From: Magnetococcales bacterium
GTDB lineage: Bacteria; Pseudomonadota; Magnetococcia; Magnetococcales; JADFYX01
NCBI GenBank assembly: GCA_015232405.1
Contig: JADFZS010000001.1
Location: forward strand, 35,322-99,321
DNA length: 64,000 nucleotides
Direction: 5' to 3'
The notes under the pieces are model-generated. The model was given only the letters and a program-made list of their open reading frames with translations, was not told the DNA's origin and ran no database searches. Positions 1 to 7,387 of the stretch are shown here, in pieces. Every line of letters begins with the position of its first letter. Positions within the stretch are counted from its first letter, which is position 1. Both the position numbers and the translations under genes were made by a program.

Positions 1-957
1 ATTGCTAATTTATCTCTAAAAACACCTAGCAATTTCAATGTTATAGGTTATTGGCAGCTACCAGGGGAGGCTACGCATATCAAACGTGAACATATCTGCC
101 CTGGCGATGAAAAACTTGTCGATTGGGTGCGAAAACACCAAATAGATGAGATAGTTATCGCCCAAGATAGTGAGTTTCCCAAAGATATGATGAAGGATAT
201 CTTGGATTGCAAATCTGATGGTGTGTTGATTGTAGATCTACCGATATTTTTTGAGCGAGAGAGCTATATAATCAATATGGATATTCTAGATCACCAATGG
301 TGGGTGCTTCACTCCAATGGTGTTGATCAGGGTTCCGGGCAGGAAATATTTAAAAAAATATTTGATATTTTCTGGAGTTTGGTCTTTCTCGGGGCGACTC
401 TACCCCTCATGCTCTTAACATCTCTGGCAATATTGATAGAGAGTAGAGGGCGGGGTCCGGTTTTTTATGTACAGGAGCGAGTTGGTTTTAATGGGCGGAT
501 TTTTTCTGTTATGAAGTTTCGTAGTATGCGTACCGATGCTGAACAGGATGGTGTAGCTCGTTGGGCCCAAGAGGATGATAACAGGATAACTTTTGTCGGT
601 GAGTTTATTCGTAAAACCCGTCTTGATGAGCTACCACAATTTATCAATGTGTTACGGGGGGAGATGAGTTTCATCGGGCCAAGACCGGAAAGACCGGTTT
701 TTGTAGAGATTCTAAAAAAGAAAATACCTTATTACACAGAACGTTTACGGGTAAAACCTGGTATCACTGGTTGGGCTCAGGTGCGGTATGGATATGGCTC
801 ATCCGAGGCAGATGCCGCAGAGAAGTTAAAGTACGATCTATATTATGTAAAAAACCACGGCATCTTTCTCGATCTTTTGGTATTGATCTACTCCGTTGAG
901 GTTGTGCTTTTTGGTTCTGGTGCTACCGGACCCAGAGATGAACAGCAAAATCAGTGA
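1..957 (+). CDS. Polyprenyl-phosphate glycosyl-1-phosphate transferase (bacterial sugar transferase, EpsB/WbaP-like priming enzyme of an EPS locus); 5' end lies outside the window
   Basis: Frame 1 is open from nt 1 with no stop before the first ATG at 127, so the gene starts upstream. C-terminal sugar-transferase motifs are visible: FSVMKFRSMR, DELPQFINVLRGEMSFIGPRPERP, GITGWAQV. Confidence 0.85.
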   Translation: MANLSLKTPSNFNVIGYWQLPGEATHIKREHICPGDEKLVDWVRKHQIDEIVIAQDSEFPKDMMKDILDCKSDGVLIVDLPIFFERESYIINMDILDHQWWVLHSNGVDQGSGQEIFKKIFDIFWSLVFLGATLPLMLLTSLAILIESRGRGPVFYVQERVGFNGRIFSVMKFRSMRTDAEQDGVARWAQEDDNRITFVGEFIRKTRLDELPQFINVLRGEMSFIGPRPERPVFVEILKKKIPYYTERLRVKPGITGWAQVRYGYGSSEADAAEKLKYDLYYVKNHGIFLDLLVLIYSVEVVLFGSGATGPRDEQQNQ

Positions 958-1347
958 TCAAACAGTGTTAAATATTAAATAGTTCAATATTTCCCAGGAT
1001 ATTTGTATTATTCTGGGCCGACTTATTTACCCTACATATTGCCTTTCGTTTGAAACCTCATTTTTTGCCATAAAAATTCCTTTGCGAACCAATCATTTAA
1101 TAGGTAAAATCACTAATTAACGAAATATTAGAGTGAACTCTATACTTAATAGGGGTAGATGTTGTACAATCACCTGATTATCCCTTGGTGGGTTGCCATC
1201 TTTAGGTAGGATTGTCACTGGCTTGGGATATTTAGGATGTTGTTATAAAGGATGTTGGTTTTCTTTCACTAAAAGGCGGTGACACTTAAGATGGTTTTTT
1301 ATCTGTAGTCACTTCCTATATTTACCAAGGTATTACGCTGTTAAAGT

Positions 1348-2934
1348 ATGCAGCAGGATATTGCACTAAGAGACCTCTATTATCAGGTATTGATCTACCT
1401 GGGGGGTATGTGGCGTCATCGGTGGCATGCCGTTCTATTGGCGTGGTTTATCTGTCTGGCAGGATGGGTGGCTGTTGCTATGATGGACGATCAGTATGTC
1501 TCGTTTGCCAGGGTTAAAATTGAAGACCCCCGTGAGAGCATAAAAGAGTTTCTCGCCCAAGATTCCGGTGCTATGGATGTTACCAGAGAGGCTAGGAAAT
1601 TTCTCAACGGTCTTCTATCCCGTAATAATCTTCTTGGTGCTATCAGCAAGACAGATCTTGCCTTTAGTGTCAACAACGACAGAGAGACCGAAGAGATGCT
1701 CAACACTCTTCGCGCCCAACTTACTGTCTCTGCCTCAGGTGGTAGTGTCTACACCATCAAACACCGTCACAACAAACCGCAAATTACCCAGCAGGTTGTA
1801 GCATATTTGGTTGATCTTCTTCCCCGGGATAAAGTTAACGAGTTTCTCGGCGGACAGGCCCAGGCGGCAAAGAAATTTTTGCAGGCCCAGGTTGAAGAGT
1901 ACGAGTCCAAGGTGAGTAAGGCTGAGCAAGAGCTGCGAGCCTTCAAAAAGAAACATGTAATGATTCTTCCTGATAGTCAGGGTGGCTATTATGAGCGTTT
2001 GCAAAAATTCTCCAAGCAACAGGAGGAAGATAGCGCCCTTGTTGTGACATTGCAAAAACGTCAGGAAGAGATGGAAAGGCAATTGCAAGATCTAAAGAAG
2101 CAGAAAAAGGTCGAGCCAAAATTTGAAGAAGAAGAGCCTGTAGATGAGCGTGTTGTTGCTTTAAATGCCAAATTAGATAAACTTTTTTCCCAATATTATC
2201 TTATGGGTGGGGAGAGACGACCTCTCTACACTGAGAGCCATGCTGAGGTTATTGCCATACGCAAGGCGATAGCAAGAATTGAAAAACAGCGGGAAGAGGA
2301 AAAGTCCAATATTGTAGAAGAGGAGACTGAATCTGAAAGTTGGGAGTTGGAGGCAAATCCAATTTTTAGAAAATTAAAGATGGAGGCAAGTGCAATTGAT
2401 CTTGAACTGGCCTCTGTTACAGCAAGACAGGCAACAACCGCAGATCAGATAAAAAAACTCAAGGAGTTGGAGGATGTTATCCCGGCAATGGAGAATAAAC
2501 TATTCCGTCTCCAGGGATATCTAGACCAGAAAAAAAATAAGATGCTCAAAATGTTGAGTAAAGAGACACAGGCAACAGAAACTGCTGAAATTGAGGCCCG
2601 TTTAAGTCGCTTTGTCCGTTTTCGGGTTCTTAGCAAGCCAGCTCTTCCCAGAAGGCCAGTTGGTCCAAAGCGTACACTATTCTCCACTGTTGTTTTAATT
2701 GGTGCTATATTGGCGAGTGTTACATTGGCTCTTTTTCTCGCCATTGTTCGTCCTGTGTTTGATTCTCCAGGTTCTTTAAAACGGGTGTTGGGACTGCCAG
2801 TGTTGGGAATGGTCTCCATGGTGGATGAAGGTTTTGGGCAAAACTGGCTCAGATCGACACTGTTTTTTGTTTTTTCAGTGGCATCGCTGTTTATAGTTTA
2901 TGCTGGTCTGGTATTTTTAGAACCAAGTTTTTAA
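1348..2934 (+). CDS. Polysaccharide chain-length determinant (Wzz/PCP family, PEP-CTERM-locus type)
   Basis: N-terminal TM helix (AVLLAWFICLAGWVAVAMM), a long E/K/Q-rich coiled-coil periplasmic region, and C-terminal TM helices. It sits between the priming transferase and the BY-kinase. Confidence 0.8.
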   Translation: MQQDIALRDLYYQVLIYLGGMWRHRWHAVLLAWFICLAGWVAVAMMDDQYVSFARVKIEDPRESIKEFLAQDSGAMDVTREARKFLNGLLSRNNLLGAISKTDLAFSVNNDRETEEMLNTLRAQLTVSASGGSVYTIKHRHNKPQITQQVVAYLVDLLPRDKVNEFLGGQAQAAKKFLQAQVEEYESKVSKAEQELRAFKKKHVMILPDSQGGYYERLQKFSKQQEEDSALVVTLQKRQEEMERQLQDLKKQKKVEPKFEEEEPVDERVVALNAKLDKLFSQYYLMGGERRPLYTESHAEVIAIRKAIARIEKQREEEKSNIVEEETESESWELEANPIFRKLKMEASAIDLELASVTARQATTADQIKKLKELEDVIPAMENKLFRLQGYLDQKKNKMLKMLSKETQATETAEIEARLSRFVRFRVLSKPALPRRPVGPKRTLFSTVVLIGAILASVTLALFLAIVRPVFDSPGSLKRVLGLPVLGMVSMVDEGFGQNWLRSTLFFVFSVASLFIVYAGLVFLEPSF

Positions 2935-2994
2935 TTAAAAAGCAGTTTTTAATTTAAGATCTCCTGTTAATGCACTGATAATGGGTTAAGGCAT

Positions 2995-3927
2995 ATGTCA
3001 GAAGCGTTGGTCCGCAAAAAGGTACTATTAGATTTTGAAAAGCTTCGGGCAAAGGGGATTTTGACCCCTGATACTGGGAGAAGTGTTGTTGCTGAGGAGT
3101 ATCGGGTTATCAAACGCCCTCTGCTTTTAAAAGCTAGTCAATCTGACAACAACAAGGATCGTCCAAAAAAATTGATGATGGTGACAAGTGCTTTCCCAAA
3201 AGAGGGTAAGACATTTACTGCCATCAATCTTGCTATGAGTTTAGCCGCTGAGATGGATTCAACTGTTCTATTGGTGGATGGTGATGTTGCTAAACCTTCT
3301 GTAAGTAGAATTCTCGGTTTTAAATCAAAAATTGGCCTTATTGACTGCTTGATGGGTAAGGTTTCCGACTATACAGAAGCGGTCATACGAACCAATGTAC
3401 CAAAATTGATGATCCTCCCCTCGGGTCGTAGACACCATCATGCAACAGAGCTGCTAGCTAGTGATAGCATGCGGATTCTGCTCAAAAAAATGATGCAAGA
3501 CCCCAACCGTATCATCGTCTTTGACTCGCCACCACTATTACTAACAACCGAATCAAGGGAGTTGGCCCGGGCCATGGGGCAGATTGTGGTTGTTATTGAG
3601 GCAGAACGCACACCGCAAAATGCTGTTAAAGATGCTCTGGGACAGCTGGAAGATTTAGAAATAGTCGGTTTGGTTTTAAACAAAACCCGCAGACGAGGCC
3701 GTGGTGGATATTACTATTATGGCTACGGTGGTTACGGTGGCTACGGTGGCTATGGTGGCTATGGTGGCTATGGTGGTTATGGTGGTTATGGTGGCTATGG
3801 TGGTTATGGTGGTTATGGCGGCTATGGCGGCTATGGAGGTTATGGAGGCTATGGTGGTCAAGATGGTAAAAAGAGGGGTAGAAAGCGCAGAAAAAAAGGT
3901 TTGATCAAACGTCTGTTGGGCATGTAA
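2995..3927 (+). CDS. Exopolysaccharide tyrosine autokinase (BY-kinase, EpsG/Wzc C-terminal-domain type) with a hyper-expanded Gly-Tyr tail
   Basis: Walker A (PKEGKTFTAINLA), Walker A' (VLLVDGDVAKPS) and Walker B (IIVFDSPPLL) of MinD-like BY-kinases. The C-terminal Tyr cluster is expanded to YYYYGY(GGY)14, followed by a basic tail. Confidence 0.85.
   Translation: MSEALVRKKVLLDFEKLRAKGILTPDTGRSVVAEEYRVIKRPLLLKASQSDNNKDRPKKLMMVTSAFPKEGKTFTAINLAMSLAAEMDSTVLLVDGDVAKPSVSRILGFKSKIGLIDCLMGKVSDYTEAVIRTNVPKLMILPSGRRHHHATELLASDSMRILLKKMMQDPNRIIVFDSPPLLLTTESRELARAMGQIVVVIEAERTPQNAVKDALGQLEDLEIVGLVLNKTRRRGRGGYYYYGYGGYGGYGGYGGYGGYGGYGGYGGYGGYGGYGGYGGYGGYGGYGGQDGKKRGRKRRKKGLIKRLLGM
3727..3852 (+). repeat. 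In-frame 9-bp tandem repeat (GGY GGY TAY) x14 encoding (GGY)14
   Basis: Read directly from the sequence. There are 14 consecutive 9-nt units differing only at synonymous third positions, including runs of identical units. Confidence 0.95.
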
Positions 3928-4115
3928 AACCCAAACCTTGTAAAAATGATATTATTCAATATGGGTCATGTGTAACCATTTGAAATAATAGTAATAGTAT
4001 GGAAAAAGACCTAAGCCAACAAGGTTGCTGCTACCTGTTTTAGTTCCAAAAGCTGAACCTGTATTTTTACCATTTAGTCAATCACAGCAGTTATTTCCTG
4101 GATAAAGAGCTGGTA

Positions 4116-5258
4116 ATGCCCGTGTCTTCACCTATTATTTGCGTCGTTGGAGCGCGACCTAACTTTATGAAAATGGCTGCAATTCTGCCAGCCTTAAAGG
4201 GGGGAGACTCTCCTCTAAATACCTATCTGGTCCATACTGGTCAACACTATGATGCAGCCATGAAGGATGCTTTTTTTCACCAGCTGGATATACCCTCACC
4301 CGATATAGACCTTGAGGTTGGCTCAGGAACCCATGCAGTTCAGACAGCGGAGATCATGCGCCGTTTTGAGCCTATCATAGATTCGCAAAACCCTGGAGCT
4401 GTATTGGTGGTTGGTGATGTAAACTCAACCATAGCTTGTGCATTGGTGGCAGTTAAAAAGGGTGTACCTGTTATACATGTTGAGGCTGGGTTGAGAAGTA
4501 GGGATAGGACCATGCCTGAGGAGATCAACAGAATTTTGGTCGACCAACTATCGGATTATCTTTTTACTACAGAAAGAGTGGCTCTGGATAATTTAACCAG
4601 TGAGGGTATTAGTGAAAAAAAGGTCCATTTTGTTGGTAACGTAATGATAGATACCCTGTTAAGGTTATTGCCAAAAGCACCTGAGGCTAGCTCTATATTG
4701 GCAAAACTTGCCAGTGATGTACCTTTTAAGGCTGAGTCTGGTAGTTATGGTCTGCTGACAATGCACCGCCCTTCAAATGTTGATAAGGTAGAGGTTTTGG
4801 AGGGGTTGTTACGTCAATTGGCTAGTATTAGCAATGAAATACCGCTGATATTTCCAGTTCACCCCAGAACTAGAGCGCAAATCAGACGTTTTGGTTTGGA
4901 AGATATTTTACTGGAATCCAACCTGCTGGCTCTTCCTCCCATTGGCTATTTGGAAATGTTGGGGCTGATGAAAGGTGCCAGGGTTGTACTTACCGATTCC
5001 GGGGGTATTCAAGAAGAGACCACAGCTCTTGGTATCCCTTGTGTTACCATTCGGGAAAATACCGAGAGACCGATAACTGTTACATCAGGAACAAATACCC
5101 TGGTGGGAACCGATAAAGCAAAAATTCGTGGTGCTGTTATGGAGGTGCTGCAAGGGGGTGGCAAGGCAGGACGCATACCTGAATATTGGGACGGCAAGGC
5201 GGCTTTGCGAATTGCTGCTATCTTGCAAGATGGTTTTGCAGATGTCTGTGCCAGATAG
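4116..5258 (+). CDS. wecB: UDP-N-acetylglucosamine 2-epimerase (non-hydrolysing)
   Basis: ICVVGARPNFMKMA at the N-terminus, plus the HVEAGLRS and DSGGIQEE motifs. The length of 380 aa is typical. Confidence 0.9.
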   Translation: MPVSSPIICVVGARPNFMKMAAILPALKGGDSPLNTYLVHTGQHYDAAMKDAFFHQLDIPSPDIDLEVGSGTHAVQTAEIMRRFEPIIDSQNPGAVLVVGDVNSTIACALVAVKKGVPVIHVEAGLRSRDRTMPEEINRILVDQLSDYLFTTERVALDNLTSEGISEKKVHFVGNVMIDTLLRLLPKAPEASSILAKLASDVPFKAESGSYGLLTMHRPSNVDKVEVLEGLLRQLASISNEIPLIFPVHPRTRAQIRRFGLEDILLESNLLALPPIGYLEMLGLMKGARVVLTDSGGIQEETTALGIPCVTIRENTERPITVTSGTNTLVGTDKAKIRGAVMEVLQGGGKAGRIPEYWDGKAALRIAAILQDGFADVCAR

Positions 5259-6156
5259 TCAGATCCCTTCCAAGCCAGATTCGAGAATTAAAAACGAATC
5301 TGCCATGATAAATGCCATGAGTGTGGATGTTGAGGATTATTTCCAGGTTGCAGCTTTTGAAGATCATATCCCCATTGAAAAATGGAATGATTGGCCTGCT
5401 CGGGTAGATACCAATACCGACTATATGCTTGATATTTTTGCCAAATATGATGTTAAAGCTACATTTTTTATCTTGGGCTGTGTGGCAAAGAGTTATCCGG
5501 CACTATTACGACGTATCGTTGATGCAGGTCATGAGGTGGCTGGTCACGGTATGAACCATGTGCGTATTTTCCGTCAGACTCCAAAAGAGTTTATGGAAGA
5601 CATCGTCACCAGCAAAAAAATACTTGAAGATATTGGAGGTAAAAAGGTTGTCGGCTATCGAGCACCAACCTACTCCATCAACCAAGAGACTATATGGGCG
5701 TTGGATCTCCTCTATGAGGCTGGCTATCGATACAGCTCAAGTATCTACCCGGTTTATCACGATCTTTATGGTATGCCAGATGCCCCACGTTTTCCCTATT
5801 ATCCCCGGCAAGATAATGATTCAGCACAAAGGGGAATTTTAGAGATTCCCATCACCACAACCGTTATTGCAAACCGTCGTATACCGTGTGGTGGTGGAGG
5901 CTATTTTCGTCTTTATCCTTTGGCTTTTACCCGCTGGGCTTGGAATAGAGTTAACGATGAGGGTCAGCCTGGGGTATTTTATTGCCACCCTTGGGAGTTT
6001 GACTCCTACCAACCACGGGTAGAAAATTTGGATTGGAAGACACGTGTAAGACACTATCTTAATCTGGGAAAGAAGATGGAGAGCCGTTTTAAAAAAATGT
6101 TGCTTGCCTACCGTTGGGATAGGATGGATCGGGTCTATGGAGAGCTGATCAAGTGA
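5242..6156 (+). CDS. Polysaccharide deacetylase (NodB fold, PEP-CTERM-locus subfamily-like)
   Basis: The conserved core starts at MSVDVEDYFQV, with HGMNH and YRAPTYS motifs. The start is ambiguous: ATG 5242 overlaps wecB by 17 nt, and ATG 5305 is the alternative. The tracked start at 5128 lies deep inside wecB and is unlikely. Confidence 0.8.
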   Translation: MSVPDSQIPSKPDSRIKNESAMINAMSVDVEDYFQVAAFEDHIPIEKWNDWPARVDTNTDYMLDIFAKYDVKATFFILGCVAKSYPALLRRIVDAGHEVAGHGMNHVRIFRQTPKEFMEDIVTSKKILEDIGGKKVVGYRAPTYSINQETIWALDLLYEAGYRYSSSIYPVYHDLYGMPDAPRFPYYPRQDNDSAQRGILEIPITTTVIANRRIPCGGGGYFRLYPLAFTRWAWNRVNDEGQPGVFYCHPWEFDSYQPRVENLDWKTRVRHYLNLGKKMESRFKKMLLAYRWDRMDRVYGELIK

Positions 6157-7217
6157 TTGACAGAGATAGCAAACCACAGGGTTCTGTGCATGTGAGGTTG
6201 CTTGGAGGTGATGAGGATGGAGCTAAGTGGGACAGTTTTGTGATGAGCTGTTCCAACGCTACTTTTTTTCATCGTGAGGGGTGGCGGAGGGTAATTAAGG
6301 CAGCTTTTTCCCACGAGTGTCATTATCTGCTAGCAGAGGATGGAGGCAACATTGTTGGTGTTCTGCCTTTGGTTCGTCAACGTAGTCTGTTATTTGGTGA
6401 TGCGCTTATCTCAACCCCTTTTTGTGTCTATGGTGGGGTAGCAACTAATAGGGATGATGTGCGCTGCGCTTTGGAGGAGAGAGCAGCAGCCATGGCGGAC
6501 AGTATGGGTGTTGCCTATCTTGAGTGTCGCAACCGTTCATCCAGTAATGCAACATGGCCGACAAAAGATCTCTATTGTGGTTTTTCCAAGGCTATTTCAG
6601 CTGATCCCCAAGAAAATTTACTCGCCATTCCCCGAAAACAACGAGCAGAGGTGCGCAAAGGTATAAAAAAAGGGTTGCTTGGCGAGTTGGAGCAAGATAT
6701 CGCTGGGGTCTGTTATGATATTTACTCCCAGAGTGTGCGCAATTTAGGCACGCCGGTTTTTTCTCGGCAATATTTTTTTATTTTAAAGTCGATTTTTGGT
6801 AACGATTGTGATGGGTTGGTGATACGCCATGGAGGTAGAGCTGTTGCTGCTGTTGTGAATTTTTATTTCCGTGATGAGGTGTTGCCATATTATGGGGGGG
6901 GAATTGCAGAGGCTCGAAGTTTGGGGGCAACCCATTTTATGTATTGGGATTTGATGGCCCATGCCAGCCGGGAGCGAGGAGTAAAAACATTTGACTTTGG
7001 TCGCAGTAAAAGAGGTAGCGGTTCATTTGCTTTTAAACAATACTATGGCTTTACCCCTGAGCCACTACTGTATCAGTATCATCTTGTTGGTCATAACTCC
7101 ATACCTGATATCTCACCTAACAACCCAAAATACCGTATTTTTATAAATATTTGGAAGCGACTACCCCTCTCGGTATCCCAGTTTATCGGTCCATGGATAG
7201 CAAAAAATCTGGGATAG
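6153..7217 (+). CDS. FemAB-family (GNAT-fold) protein of the type associated with PEP-CTERM EPS loci
   Basis: Size and sequence character of FemAB-like peptidyl/aminoacyl transferases. It sits directly after the deacetylase, as in exosortase-type loci. The GTG start overlaps the preceding stop (GTGA). Confidence 0.75.
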   Translation: MIDRDSKPQGSVHVRLLGGDEDGAKWDSFVMSCSNATFFHREGWRRVIKAAFSHECHYLLAEDGGNIVGVLPLVRQRSLLFGDALISTPFCVYGGVATNRDDVRCALEERAAAMADSMGVAYLECRNRSSSNATWPTKDLYCGFSKAISADPQENLLAIPRKQRAEVRKGIKKGLLGELEQDIAGVCYDIYSQSVRNLGTPVFSRQYFFILKSIFGNDCDGLVIRHGGRAVAAVVNFYFRDEVLPYYGGGIAEARSLGATHFMYWDLMAHASRERGVKTFDFGRSKRGSGSFAFKQYYGFTPEPLLYQYHLVGHNSIPDISPNNPKYRIFINIWKRLPLSVSQFIGPWIAKNLG

Positions 7218-7387
7218 TAAAATGGGCAAAAATTAGCGCATACTGGTTTATGGTATCAATGTTGTTAGTAAAATAGAGTGTGTGGTATCCTTATGTGAGA
7301 TGCAAACCTGTGCGGGAAAAGATATTTTTAACTTGAAATTACCCTTAAGGCATAAGTTGTGAAATACCTAGATGGAATAATATTGAA

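Noticed and set aside
3676-3904. ORFs 3676-3861 (-) and 3701-3904 (+) with repetitive T/I/A or M/V/A sequences
   Set aside because: They are alternative-frame readings of the 9-bp GGY-coding tandem repeat inside the BY-kinase gene, not independent genes.
5128-5241. Long N-terminal extension of the deacetylase ORF
   Set aside because: It overlaps the last 130 nt of wecB in another frame. The conserved deacetylase core begins near MSVDVEDYF, so internal ATGs at 5242 or 5305 are more plausible.
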